Shown: positions 19,111 to 29,086, counted from the stretch's first letter. The stretch: 54,658 nucleotides of DNA from Akkermansiaceae bacterium (GCA_051251915.1 JBPOGF010000023.1:1-54658), one strand, 5' to 3'. Notes: generated by a model from the letters alone, not told the origin. Translations and numbers: made by a program.

Positions 19111-19428
19111 ATGGCATTACAATTAAATGAAGCAAATTTCGAAGCTGAGGTATTAAACTCAAGCAAACCTGTACTCATTGATTTCTGGGCTGAGTGGTGT
19201 GGACCATGTAAAATGATCGGACCACTCATCGACGAGCTCGCTGAGGAAATGGGAGATACTGCGGTGGTTGGTAAAGTAGAAGTAGATACTGCACAGGCAC
19301 TCGCTGCGAAATATGGAGTTCGTTCAATTCCATTCCTTTTGTTCATGAAGGACGGTGAAGTGAAGGATCAGATCGTAGGCGCAAATGTGACCAAAGAAGC
19401 ACTCAAAGCAAAGCTAGAAGCACTCTAG
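19111..19428 (+). CDS. trxA: Thioredoxin
   Basis: DFWAEWCGPCK active site, SIP cis-Pro. Confidence 0.97.
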   Translation: MALQLNEANFEAEVLNSSKPVLIDFWAEWCGPCKMIGPLIDELAEEMGDTAVVGKVEVDTAQALAAKYGVRSIPFLLFMKDGEVKDQIVGANVTKEALKAKLEAL

Positions 19429-19465
19429 TCTTTTTGAGGGTTTTCCAATAACTCAAATTTATCTT

Positions 19466-19506
19466 ATAGTCCTGTTAGAATGCATTTCTGGCAGGACTAT
19501 TTTTTT
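19466..19506 (+). terminator. Intrinsic terminator after trxA
   Basis: ATAGTCCTG..CAGGACTAT followed by a T-run. Confidence 0.85.
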
Positions 19507-19511
19507 GTCGC

Positions 19512-19541
19512 GTCGCGTATAACGGCTTTGGCGCATGCGAT
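19512..19541. repeat. TCGCGTA...CGAT hairpin element, copy 3
   Basis: gtcgcgtataacggctttggcgcatgcgat; first 19 nt identical to the copy at 31767. Confidence 0.8.
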
Positions 19542-19567
19542 TTTTTTAGCTTGGGGGATGGAATGAT

Positions 19568-20116
19568 TTATTGCTTCTGTTCTTGTTTGGTTTGGTTTTT
19601 TTCGGCTTTTTTATGTTTGTGGAGGGTGTCCCAGATCTCGCCTTTCTTCGCGAGTTTGTTTGGGAATGGGGGGATTCCTGGTGGGGTGAAGACGATTCCT
19701 GCGGAGGTGATGTAGAGGTCGTGTTTAGATTTTTTAGCAAACTCGGTGATGGCTGTGGTTATGGAGACGTTTCTGGCGGTGTAGGTGATAAGAGGGGGGG
19801 CTTCTTCTGGTATTAGCGGATTGATTGGTAGAGGGGGAGGTGTGATGATGGTGATGGAGACTCCTTTTTTACTGGGGTCAAGAGTTTGATCATCTAGTTC
19901 TATTGATCTGCTGATTATGAAATTTCGGCTTTCAACAAGGGTGGCTTTTTCTAGATATGTAGCTTGGAGAATGATATTGTCTAGTTGTTGGCGTGTTTTG
20001 GTGACGATGCGATTGCCGAATTTTGGCAGAGCTGTGAGTGTGGAAATAGGGATGGTTATGATGAGTAAAATAGTTGTTATGAGTTTGAGGTGATTTTTTT
20101 CATGAGATAAATTCAT
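19568..20116 (-). CDS. Hypothetical exported protein
   Basis: N-terminal hydrophobic signal-like segment; only long ORF in the interval; strand-typical composition. Confidence 0.7.
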   Translation of the reverse strand: MNLSHEKNHLKLITTILLIITIPISTLTALPKFGNRIVTKTRQQLDNIILQATYLEKATLVESRNFIISRSIELDDQTLDPSKKGVSITIITPPPLPINPLIPEEAPPLITYTARNVSITTAITEFAKKSKHDLYITSAGIVFTPPGIPPFPNKLAKKGEIWDTLHKHKKAEKNQTKQEQKQ

Positions 20117-20339
20117 AGTTTTGAGGTGGGGATCTAATTAGAGATTAACATTTTTGGTGATACTTCTGGAAGCGTAAAACTTGATTAGGGGCTGCAAAGA
20201 GTGATAAAAGATGAAGAATTTGTGCTAAAATGTGACTTTTTTCGGATTTGAAGCATTTTTGTCGGGACATTTGTCCTCAGATATGGTCTCCATTCGCCAG
20301 CAATTCTCCCTTAACAATTTAGACAAAATACAAACAACA

Positions 20340-20654
20340 ATGGCAACTATAACAAAACGCGATCTAGTAATCAAACTCAGCAACGACACCGGTCTAACCC
20401 AGCAAGAAGTTTTCTCAGTAGTGCAGGGAGCACTTGACTCAATCACAGAGGAACTAGCTAAGGGTAATTCAGTTGTGATGCGTAACTTTGGTGCATTTCA
20501 GGTAAGAGAAGTAAAAGGCAAGATCGGGCGTAACCCTAAAGATCCTTCTAAGGATGTGCCAATTCCACCACGTGCAGTGGTGAAATTCAAGCCAGGTAAA
20601 GAGATGAAAGAGAAGGTAGCTCCTATCCTTCCTCTTATCCAGCAGGGTGGCTAA
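20340..20654 (+). CDS. HU/IHF family DNA-binding protein
   Basis: TKRDLV, NFGAF, GRNPK, VVKFKPGK; start at MATITK. Confidence 0.95.
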   Translation: MATITKRDLVIKLSNDTGLTQQEVFSVVQGALDSITEELAKGNSVVMRNFGAFQVREVKGKIGRNPKDPSKDVPIPPRAVVKFKPGKEMKEKVAPILPLIQQGG

Positions 20655-20692
20655 AACGATGATGAATCGATTTTACAGTTTTACCTAATTTT

Positions 20693-20727
20693 AATGGTGT
20701 GGTCATAACTGATCACACCATTTTTTT
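20693..20727 (+). terminator. Intrinsic terminator after the HU gene
   Basis: ATGGTGTGGTCA-taac-TGATCACACCAT plus T-run. Confidence 0.85.
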
Positions 20728-20845
20728 GTTAAGATTGACTCTGTTACTTGGAGTTGAGGGGAGCAGGGAAATTAGGAATTAAAAATTGATTTTGTCTTAT
20801 TTAAGATGTGCAAACTAACTAATATAGAGTAAAGAAGGTCAGATC

Positions 20846-21931
20846 ATGGAAACAGAAATAGTATATGCGGAAGAAGAGATGGCCCAGGAGGCAATCTCAA
20901 AAGCAGTTCGCCTTCTCAATGACGGTGAAGTGGTGGCACTGCCGACAGAAACTGTGTATGGCTTAGGAGCTAATGCACTGGATGCTGATGCTGTGGCAAA
21001 GGTGTTTGAGGCTAAGGGAAGACCATCGTTTGATCCGTTGATTATCCATTTATCTACGCGTGAAGAAATCCATGATTATTGTGATATTTCACCTGAGCTT
21101 AATGTGGTGGTGCAGCAGTTGATCCAGGAGTTCTGGCCGGGGCCATTGACGATGGTGTTGCCTAAGAAGGATATTATTCCTGATATTGTGACGAGTGGGT
21201 TGCCTACGGTTGCTGTGAGAATGAGTGCGCATCCGATCATGCAGGATATTTGTAAGGCATTTGGTAAGCCTATTGCGGCGCCGAGTGCGAATCAATTTGG
21301 TAAGATCAGTCCGACTTCTGCAGGGGCGGTGCTTAAGGAACTGGATGGTAAGATTCCGCTTATTGTGGATGGGGGGGCATGTAATGCCGGCTTGGAGAGT
21401 ACTATTGTGCGTGTGGAGCTAGGTGCGACTAGTGAGGATAAGCCGCAGTTGCATTTGCTGAGGGCTGGGCCTGTGGTGAAGGAAGATTTACAGAAGATAG
21501 GGAAGGTGATCCGGCCTAAGAAGCTGAGTGAGCGAGCAAGGAAGCTGCTGAAAGAGAAGCAGGCTGAGGGTGGTGATACTGGTGAGAAGTCTGTGGAGGC
21601 TCCAGGAATGCTGGAGAGTCACTATGCTCCGAACACGCCGTTGTATTTATTTAACAAACCTAGTGATTTTGTTCCTGAAGATGGGAAGAGCTATGCGCTT
21701 CTGAGCTATCGGGGGCAGGCTAAGGATGGCTATATGGAGCTTTATGACTGGGATGTGATAGAGGAACTTACTCCTGGTAAAGGTAAGCTGGGCGAGGCTT
21801 CTGTGAGGTTGTACCATGTGCTTAGAATGCTGGATGAATCTGGGGTGGATGCTATTGTGGCTGAACCTGTAGCGGATACTGGGCTGGGTGTGGCGATCAA
21901 TGATAGGTTGCGAAGAGCGAGCCAGAGGTAA
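20846..21931 (+). CDS. sua5: L-threonylcarbamoyladenylate synthase (Sua5 type)
   Basis: PTETVYGL, AKGRP, FWPGPLT, APSAN, ESTIV, APGM..SHYAP and a C-terminal SUA5 domain. Confidence 0.95.
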   Translation: METEIVYAEEEMAQEAISKAVRLLNDGEVVALPTETVYGLGANALDADAVAKVFEAKGRPSFDPLIIHLSTREEIHDYCDISPELNVVVQQLIQEFWPGPLTMVLPKKDIIPDIVTSGLPTVAVRMSAHPIMQDICKAFGKPIAAPSANQFGKISPTSAGAVLKELDGKIPLIVDGGACNAGLESTIVRVELGATSEDKPQLHLLRAGPVVKEDLQKIGKVIRPKKLSERARKLLKEKQAEGGDTGEKSVEAPGMLESHYAPNTPLYLFNKPSDFVPEDGKSYALLSYRGQAKDGYMELYDWDVIEELTPGKGKLGEASVRLYHVLRMLDESGVDAIVAEPVADTGLGVAINDRLRRASQR

Positions 21932-21954
21932 GTTTTTTTTGAGGGAACATATTT

Positions 21955-23499
21955 ATGCTAAGATCACTCATGACTGTAAGCGGGTTCACCCTGCTTAGTA
22001 GAATACTCGGACTCGTTCGTGAAATGCTCATTGCTCATTTTTTAGGTGCGGGGGCTAAGTCCGATGTATGGGTAGCTGCATTTAGATTTCCTAATTTGTT
22101 TCGTAGGATTCTGGGGGAAGGCGCGCTGAATGCTGCGTTTGTTCCGTTGTATTCTGGGAAGCTAGAAAGTGAAGGTAGTGAAGTAGCGTCAAATTTTGGC
22201 TCTAGGGTTACTATTTTACTGAGTATCATTTTAGCGCTGATCTGCGTGGTGTGTTATGTCTTTATGGAAGGCATTACGCGGTTTTTGACCAGTGGGTTTA
22301 GTGAAGAAAAGATTTTAGAGGCTACTTACTTCTCGAAGATCACGATTAGTTATTTATTCTTGATCTGTATTGTGGCTGCGGTGAGTGGTATTTTAAATAG
22401 TCATAGGAAGTTTGCTGCGCCATCGTTTGCTTATGCTATTTTGAATGTTGTATTTCTTATTGGCATTCTGGGGGCGATGCCTTTTGTGGAGAACAAGACT
22501 GAGGTTTTGGCTTGGTCGTTAGTTATTGGTGGAGTGGTTCAGTTGGCAGTGGTGGTGATCTCTCTTATTCGGTCGGAGTTTAAATTTAAGCTAACGATTC
22601 CGAAGATAGATACTGATATTAAGCGGCTTGGGTTGCTGATGGGGCCGGGGTTGATTAGTGCTGGTGTGCAGCAGTTTAACTTGATTGTGGGGCAGTGGGT
22701 GGCGTCTCACCAGAACGGTGGGATGAGTTATATATTTTATTCTGATCGAGTGAATCAATTGCCCTTGGGTATTATTGGGATTGCATTTGGGATTGTGTTG
22801 TTGCCTGAGCTAACGAAGAAACTTAAAGGAGGGAGGCGCGAGGAAGCGCGACAGAGTATTGAGGATGGGATGACGATGGCTATGTTTATAGCGATTCCAG
22901 CGATGGTGGGGATGGCGGTTTTAGCTGAGCCTATCATGATAGCGTTGTTTAAGGGGGGAGAGTTTACGTTAGAAAAAGGGGTGTTGTGTGGTCAGGCGTT
23001 GATGGCATTTGCCATTGGTTGTCCTGCCTATATTGCGGCGCGAGTGATGCAGGCTGGATATTTTGCGAATGAGGATACTAAGACACCTATGAAATATACG
23101 ATGGTTGCGGCTGTGGTGAACATCATTTTGTGCTTGGTAGCTTGGTGGATGATGGGGTCTGGTGGTGCTTTGCATGTGGGCTGTGCAGCGGCGACATCGG
23201 TTGCTGGGTGGGTGAATATTTTATTGCTTAGTTGGGGGTTGAAGAAGCAGGGGCTGCTTCATGTGACGCGAGATTTCTGGATGAAGTTTGGTAAGATGCT
23301 AGTGGCTAGTGTTGTGATGGGGGTGGCTGCTTGGTTTGTGGCTGATCTGTTTCAAGACTTGATATATAATGGGTTGAGAATGATTAGAATCTTGCTAGTT
23401 GGCTTCATTGCTAGTTTTGGTTTGGTGCTTTATTTATTGGTTTCACATATGATTGGGGCGGTATCGCTGGCAGATCTTAAGGCTAGCTTTAAGCGATAG
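21955..23499 (+). CDS. murJ: Lipid II flippase MurJ
   Basis: SRILGLVRE, AFRFPNLFRR..GEGA, DR..QLP, DTKTP; multiple TM helices. Confidence 0.96.
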   Translation: MLRSLMTVSGFTLLSRILGLVREMLIAHFLGAGAKSDVWVAAFRFPNLFRRILGEGALNAAFVPLYSGKLESEGSEVASNFGSRVTILLSIILALICVVCYVFMEGITRFLTSGFSEEKILEATYFSKITISYLFLICIVAAVSGILNSHRKFAAPSFAYAILNVVFLIGILGAMPFVENKTEVLAWSLVIGGVVQLAVVVISLIRSEFKFKLTIPKIDTDIKRLGLLMGPGLISAGVQQFNLIVGQWVASHQNGGMSYIFYSDRVNQLPLGIIGIAFGIVLLPELTKKLKGGRREEARQSIEDGMTMAMFIAIPAMVGMAVLAEPIMIALFKGGEFTLEKGVLCGQALMAFAIGCPAYIAARVMQAGYFANEDTKTPMKYTMVAAVVNIILCLVAWWMMGSGGALHVGCAAATSVAGWVNILLLSWGLKKQGLLHVTRDFWMKFGKMLVASVVMGVAAWFVADLFQDLIYNGLRMIRILLVGFIASFGLVLYLLVSHMIGAVSLADLKASFKR

Positions 23500-23509
23500 A
23501 TCATTTGAA

Positions 23510-23525
23510 TCGATGTGTACATCGA
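23510..23525. promoter_or_regulatory. Perfect inverted repeat, possible operator
   Basis: TCGATGT-gt-ACATCGA just upstream of the deacetylase gene. Confidence 0.35.
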
Positions 23526-23563
23526 CGAAAACGATTTTGTTAGAGAGTGTGGTCATGTAGACT

Positions 23564-24601
23564 GTGATGATGAAGAATGGATTGTTACGGTGGTTTTCGA
23601 TTGGGGCGTTTAGTTTTGCGAATTTAAGTTGCTCGTTTGGAGGTGCGGCTGAGAATGAAGCTGATGAGCTTAGTCCTATCCCGATTGTGTATTCACCGAA
23701 TTATAAGATTAGTGTGTTTGGGATGGAGAAGTTGCATCCGTTTGACATTGCTAAGTATGATAAGATTTATGATGGGCTTAAGAAAGATGGTTATGTTACT
23801 AAGAAGAGTGTGATCGATCCGGCAGAGGTGACGCGTGAGCAGATGTTGTTGATTCATACTGAGGATTATTTGGAGAGCTTGAAGAAGACGGCGAATGTGG
23901 CTGGGTATCTGGAGGCACCGCAGCTTAAGATAGTGCCTAATCATTTGCTGGATAAGATGATAGTGAGTAGGTTTAGGCGGGCTGCTGGAGGAACGATAGA
24001 GGCGGCTAGGCAGGCGCTTAAATCACCTTCAAAAATGGCGATCAATCTTGGTGGTGGGTTTCACCATGCTAAGCCGGAGACTGGTGAGGGATTTTGTATT
24101 ATAGCGGATGTGCCGATTGCTATTCGGGTGTTACAGAAGGAGAAGTTGATCAAGCGTGCGTTGATTATTGATACGGATATTCATCAGGGGAATGGTACGA
24201 TTGTGAGTTTGAAGGATGATCTGAGTACTTATACGTTTTCGATGCATGAGGGTGGGATTTATCCTATGCCTAAGGAGGTGGGGGATGAGGATGTGGAGCT
24301 GGATGGTGGGGTGACGGATGCGATTTATTTGAAGGTTTTGGCGGGGAAGTTAGATGCGCTGTTTGTGAAATCTAGTCCTGATATGGTGTTTCATGTTGCT
24401 GGGTGTGATGCTCTGGATGGTGATCCATTGGCTTCTGGGCTGATGACGCATGAGGGGATACAGAAGAGGGATGAGATGATTGTGGCGGCTTGTAAAAAGC
24501 ATGGTGTTCCTTATGTGATGACTCTTTCTGGTGGTTATAGTAAGGATGCTTGGAATGCGCAGTATAAGAGTATTAAGGCGCTGATTGAGGGAGAGCAGTA
24601 A
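23564..24601 (+). CDS. Zn-dependent histone deacetylase family protein (class IV/HDAC11-like) with N-terminal signal-like peptide
   Basis: PIVYSP.Y, EKLHPFD, AINLGGGFHH, GFC, DTDIHQGNG, GCD, SGGY. Confidence 0.92.
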   Translation: MMMKNGLLRWFSIGAFSFANLSCSFGGAAENEADELSPIPIVYSPNYKISVFGMEKLHPFDIAKYDKIYDGLKKDGYVTKKSVIDPAEVTREQMLLIHTEDYLESLKKTANVAGYLEAPQLKIVPNHLLDKMIVSRFRRAAGGTIEAARQALKSPSKMAINLGGGFHHAKPETGEGFCIIADVPIAIRVLQKEKLIKRALIIDTDIHQGNGTIVSLKDDLSTYTFSMHEGGIYPMPKEVGDEDVELDGGVTDAIYLKVLAGKLDALFVKSSPDMVFHVAGCDALDGDPLASGLMTHEGIQKRDEMIVAACKKHGVPYVMTLSGGYSKDAWNAQYKSIKALIEGEQ

Positions 24602-24679
24602 GTTGGGGGATTTGTAAATGGTATGTAAAACAAACTCATTTAAATTGAACAAGATGTAGAATTGGGCAACATAGTATGT

Positions 24680-26254
24680 ATGAGTGCTAAATTTTCTTCT
24701 CTTTTGATGTGTGGTTTGTGTGTGTGTCCGGTGGTATCGGCTTATGATCTGCATGAGTGGGGAACGTTTACGACGGTTTCTGGTTCTGATGGTGGGTTGT
24801 TGGCAGGATTGCATGTGGAGGAGGAGCATTTGCCGCCGTTTGTGTATTCGCATATAGGGATGCGGCCACAGGATAATGAAATGAATCCGTTCTATTTTAC
24901 TGGTCAGGGGGCTAGAAATTCTAGGCGGCAGTTTTTTGTGATGCAGGATGGGGAGAAGGTGATCCAGCCAATGAGAGGGACGAAGGGGATTCCTAGAGCG
25001 ATGCTGGCGAATGTGACTGTGAAGATGGAGACTCCGGTGATTTATTTTTATGGGGATGATACGCGGAAGGTGAATGTGAAGGTGGGTTTTAATGGTGGGA
25101 CAATTAGTCAGTGGTACCCGGATCGCGTGGCTGGGGATACGCCTAATTTGATTAAGAAGGGGGAGTTTAAGATAAGTGCGAGCCTTAGTAGTGTTAAGGA
25201 TAGGGAGATGGTGTTGTATAAGCCGATTGATTTTTCTAAGCATTATGATGGTTCGATAGAGTGGGATGTGGAAATCTTGCCCAAGTCTGAGGCTGATGAT
25301 GCGCTGACATTTAAGCCTTATGAGAATAGTGCGTGGATCTACCCTCGGGTGGCGGATGCGAATATGCTAAAGGTGGGGGATGAGTTTGAGGATTTTCTGT
25401 TTTACCGAGGAGTGGGGAATTTTGAGTTGCCGGCGACATTCAGTGTGGATTCTGCTGAGACTTTACAGGTGAAGAATAATAGTGAGGAGGCGATTCCGTT
25501 TGCGTTTGCTTTTGAGAATGTGGGGGGGAAGTTTCGCTATAAAGCGATTGGCGCAGTAGCGGGTGGTGGTTTGGCGAAGGTTGCGGAGAGTGAGTGGGAA
25601 GCGGCGGCGGAGGGGGAGTCGCAGCAGGTTGAGGTTTTTAGGCAAATGCGTGAGGGGTTGGTGGCTCAGGGGCTGACTATTGATGAAGCGAATGGGATGA
25701 TTAAGACTTGGTGGAAGTCGTATTTTAATAAGTCTGGTTTGCGTGTGTTTTGGGTAGTGCCGCAGGGTGATCTGGAGAGGATTTTACCGCTTAGTGTTGA
25801 TCCTAAGCCTGCGAGTCAGGTGCGGGTTCTGGTGGGGAGGGCTGATGTGATGCGGCCTAAGTTTGAGAAGAGATTAATTGCAGATTTGGGGACTTATCGG
25901 TTTAAGAGTTATAATGAGGATCGTTTTATACAGCCTTATATGAATAGGCTCAGGCAACTTGTGAAGAAGCCAGTTTATCTGAGTCTAGATGAGCATAGTT
26001 TGGTGTATGTGGATCTGAAGATGTCAGCGAAGAAGGGGGATTCGGTAGAAGAGGAGAATTTGCGTTTGTATCCAGGTAAAGCTGTGACGTTTAAGAATTT
26101 AAAGCTTTCGGGTGAATGGAAGGTAGAGGGAGAGGACCAGTTGAGGATTGATGAGACTGTTTTCACGTTAGATCCGGCAACTGGTATTTTGGCTGCTGAA
26201 GCTGAGGGGTATTTTGATTCTTATGAGATCCAGTTGCCGAAGGTTTTGAATTAG
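24680..26254 (+). CDS. Hypothetical secreted protein (HEWGTFT / METPVIYFY type)
   Basis: Signal peptide ending VSA, then HEWGTFT, VKMETPVIYFY, FLFYRGVG, GL..DEA..M..TW. Confidence 0.8.
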   Translation: MSAKFSSLLMCGLCVCPVVSAYDLHEWGTFTTVSGSDGGLLAGLHVEEEHLPPFVYSHIGMRPQDNEMNPFYFTGQGARNSRRQFFVMQDGEKVIQPMRGTKGIPRAMLANVTVKMETPVIYFYGDDTRKVNVKVGFNGGTISQWYPDRVAGDTPNLIKKGEFKISASLSSVKDREMVLYKPIDFSKHYDGSIEWDVEILPKSEADDALTFKPYENSAWIYPRVADANMLKVGDEFEDFLFYRGVGNFELPATFSVDSAETLQVKNNSEEAIPFAFAFENVGGKFRYKAIGAVAGGGLAKVAESEWEAAAEGESQQVEVFRQMREGLVAQGLTIDEANGMIKTWWKSYFNKSGLRVFWVVPQGDLERILPLSVDPKPASQVRVLVGRADVMRPKFEKRLIADLGTYRFKSYNEDRFIQPYMNRLRQLVKKPVYLSLDEHSLVYVDLKMSAKKGDSVEEENLRLYPGKAVTFKNLKLSGEWKVEGEDQLRIDETVFTLDPATGILAAEAEGYFDSYEIQLPKVLN

Positions 26255-26290
26255 ATGGTATACTGGGTGAACTATGGTAGGGATCTGTAT

Positions 26291-26428
26291 ACCACGAATT
26301 TATATGAGTTTTCACGAATGGTGGACAGATTTTGATCACTAAATAGTGCTGAATCACGCTGAACATGGCTAGTGGGCTATGGATGATGCCTGCGGCGCTG
26401 GACCACGGAAGGCACAGAAAGCACGGAA
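26291..26428 (+). repeat. Degenerate short-unit repeats (CACGAAT / CACGGAA type)
   Basis: accacgaat..tcacgaat, gctgaatcacgctgaa, accacggaaggcacagaaagcacggaa (9-nt periodicity). Confidence 0.5.
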
Positions 26429-26608
26429 CAGGGTTGATGGGTAGTGAACTTGGTTGCTGTGATTTTTATGTGAGGAATGTCGTGTATTTTAAATTATTGA
26501 GGGTCTTATTTTGACGTAAATGACTACTTGGTATAATGTATTTCTCTCTAGATTGGTCGAACTGAGATAATATCTTGCATCTTGATTGTGGATCATTAAA
26601 TTTCTGGC

Positions 26609-27169
26609 ATGCGGATAATAGCAGGGACAGCGGGGAGACGGAATTTTAGGGTGCCGAAGGCGATAGTGAGGCCGACGACGGATAGGACGCGTGAGGCGAT
26701 GTTCTCTATGCTGGCGCAGCATATTCCTGGGGCGAAGGTTTTGGATTTATTTGCGGGTTCTGGTGCGCTGGGGTTGGAGAGTCTGAGTAGGGGGGCGGAG
26801 AGTTGTGTGTTTGTGGATGAGAGTAGGGAGTGTGTGAATACGGTGAAGTTGAATTTGAAGACTTTGAGGTTACATGGGGGTAAGGTGGTGCAGAGTGATG
26901 TGATGAAGATGATAGGGCGGGTGTCTCTGAGTCAGTATGATGTGATTTTTGCGGATCCTCCGTATTGGAAGAATGTGGGGGATAGGGATTTTGTGAAGGA
27001 GATGTTTGAGTGTGAGAATTTCTCGAATGTGTTGGTGGATGATGGGATGTTGGTGATAGAGGCTGATGAGCGGGCGGAGATAGATTGTGGTGAGAAGTGG
27101 GAGCAGATCGATAGGCGTAAGTATGGTGGGTGCGCGATCTTTTTCTTTCAGAAGAAGGGGGCGGTTTAG
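26609..27169 (+). CDS. rsmD: 16S rRNA (guanine966-N2)-methyltransferase
   Basis: MRIIAG, RPTTDR.RE, LDLFAGSGALGLE.LSRGA, DPPY. Confidence 0.95.
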   Translation: MRIIAGTAGRRNFRVPKAIVRPTTDRTREAMFSMLAQHIPGAKVLDLFAGSGALGLESLSRGAESCVFVDESRECVNTVKLNLKTLRLHGGKVVQSDVMKMIGRVSLSQYDVIFADPPYWKNVGDRDFVKEMFECENFSNVLVDDGMLVIEADERAEIDCGEKWEQIDRRKYGGCAIFFFQKKGAV

Positions 27170-27177
27170 GGAGGATT

Positions 27178-28452
27178 ATGGGTAAGTTTTTTGTTCTGGT
27201 AGTTTATAATTTGTTGTTGCCGGTTTTCTTTGTTTTTGCGTTTCCTGGGTGGCTGATTAAGATGGCTAAGCGGGGTGGGCTGGGGACTGGGTTGCTGGAG
27301 AGGTTTGGGGTTTTTAAGGAGGATGCGTTGTTTGAGAGACAGGGGGCGGTTTATATTCATGCGGTGAGCGTGGGGGAGGTGTTGATAGCGATAAAGCTGA
27401 TCAACGAGTGGCTGAGGCAGTATCCTGAGGAGAGGATCTTGTTGGTGCCGACTACGGCTACTGGGCATGCGGTGGCTATGGAGCATGCGCCTGAGGGGGT
27501 GAGGGTGATTTATAGTCCGTTGGATTTTGGGTTTGTTTTGAGGAGGGTTTTTAGGCGGTTTGCTCCGAAGCAGATTGTGCTGATGGAGTCTGAGATCTGG
27601 CCGAATATGCTGAGTGTGGCGGAGGGGATGTCGATTCCGGTGAATGTGGCGAATGCGAGGTTGTCTCCGAGGTCTGAGGGGCGGTATTTGAAGTTGAGGG
27701 TGATTTTGAGTCCTTTGTTGGGGATGCTGAATAGGTTATGTGCACAGGATTCTGGGGATAAAGCGAGGTGGGAGTCTGTGGGGGTGCCGAGTGAGCGGGT
27801 GGTGGTGACTGGGAGTGTGAAGTTTGATCAATCGGGTGCGGGGAAGCCGCAGAGGCGGGTGGAGTTTGGTGAGAAGTTGGGTGGGGTTGCTGATGGTAAG
27901 AAGGTGGTGATGGCGATTAGTACGCATGCTGGGGAGGAGGCTTGGATAGCGGCTGGGTTGTGGGAGTTGCGTGATGAGATTTGTTTGGTGATAGTGCCGC
28001 GTCATGCGGAGCGTAGGACTGAGGTGGTGAGTGATATTGAGGCTGAGGGGTATGAGGTGGTTTTGCGGAGTGCGTATGAGGTAAAGGCTGGGGCTTGTTT
28101 GGTGGTGGATAGTACTGGGGAGCTTAGGGACTGGACGGCGCATGCTGATGTGGTGATTGTGGGGAAATCCATTTTAGGGAAAGGTGGGCAGAATCCAACT
28201 GAGGCGATGGCTGTGAAGGTGCCGGTGTTGAGCGGTCCGCATATGAGGAATTTTGAGCCGTTGGTGACTCAGTTGAAGGATGCTGGTGGGATAAGGGTGT
28301 TTTCTGATAAGGCAGAAATGTTAGATTCTGTTAGGTTGTTGCTAGGTGATGATGGGTTGAGAGGGAGACAGGCGGAGGCTGCACTGGGGGTGCTAGAGGG
28401 GCATCAGGGGGCGGCTCGGAGGACGGTGGAGGTTTTAGGAGAAGGATTGTAG
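27178..28452 (+). CDS. waaA: 3-deoxy-D-manno-octulosonic acid transferase
   Basis: HAVSVGE, PLD, ESEIWPN, NARLS, GSVKFD, STH.GEE, VPRH.ER, GGQNP.E; GGGAGG SD before the ATG. Confidence 0.95.
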   Translation: MGKFFVLVVYNLLLPVFFVFAFPGWLIKMAKRGGLGTGLLERFGVFKEDALFERQGAVYIHAVSVGEVLIAIKLINEWLRQYPEERILLVPTTATGHAVAMEHAPEGVRVIYSPLDFGFVLRRVFRRFAPKQIVLMESEIWPNMLSVAEGMSIPVNVANARLSPRSEGRYLKLRVILSPLLGMLNRLCAQDSGDKARWESVGVPSERVVVTGSVKFDQSGAGKPQRRVEFGEKLGGVADGKKVVMAISTHAGEEAWIAAGLWELRDEICLVIVPRHAERRTEVVSDIEAEGYEVVLRSAYEVKAGACLVVDSTGELRDWTAHADVVIVGKSILGKGGQNPTEAMAVKVPVLSGPHMRNFEPLVTQLKDAGGIRVFSDKAEMLDSVRLLLGDDGLRGRQAEAALGVLEGHQGAARRTVEVLGEGL

Positions 28453-28596
28453 GATGAATTTTAAAGATGTGACCTAGGGATGCAGGGTGCTTTTTGCTAG
28501 GTTGATATGAAGTTCTCCTATAGAGAGCGGGTGTGTTTTATGGAAGAAAGGGGTGTATAGGTTTGCCAGGGTGGGGAAATTTGTTAGGGTTTTTGT

Positions 28597-29046
28597 ATGA
28601 GTGATCCTTTTAAAAATAAAGGGCTGAGAAAGCCTTACCTGACGATGCCTGGTGCGACTGGAATGCCTAATATGAAAGATTTTCTTTCTTCTATGCCGAA
28701 GGAGCGTGAGCATCGATTTGAGTCTGCCGGGGAGTTTATAACTCGGCTGGCGAATAGGGTCACTAAGTGGAGAAATTCTTTGCCGGAGGATGAAATACCG
28801 GTGGTGTTGACGTTTTTACCTACGGGTGATGTGGTGGAGGTGATTACGGTGGGGGAGGATGGCCATTCTAGTGTGGTGATAGAGGGCTTGGTGAATGACT
28901 CGCCGTGTATGTTTATTTCTCATCAGGCGAGTTTGCAGATACTTTGTTATACGAGGAAGGTGGTGGATGAAGAGGGGGAGGAGGAAGAACCGAAGAAGAA
29001 ACGGACTATTGGATTTCATGTGGGGGGGGAGGAGATAGAGGCGTAG
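28597..29046 (+). CDS. Hypothetical protein, possibly DUF6173-like
   Basis: 149 aa; FISHQASLQIL and C-terminal RTIGF resemble the DUF6173 pattern as recalled, not searched. Confidence 0.65.
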   Translation: MSDPFKNKGLRKPYLTMPGATGMPNMKDFLSSMPKEREHRFESAGEFITRLANRVTKWRNSLPEDEIPVVLTFLPTGDVVEVITVGEDGHSSVVIEGLVNDSPCMFISHQASLQILCYTRKVVDEEGEEEEPKKKRTIGFHVGGEEIEA

Positions 29047-29086
29047 GGCGCTTCGCTTGAATTAGGAATTAGGAATTAGGAATTAG
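29046..29086 (+). repeat. GGGCGCTTCGCTT head plus (GAATTAG)x4
   Basis: Fills most of the gap between convergent genes; matches 5042-5096. Confidence 0.85.

Noticed and set aside
24350..25243. 297-aa minus-strand ORF
   Set aside because: Antisense to two well-supported + strand genes; low-complexity H/I/R/P composition expected from the skew
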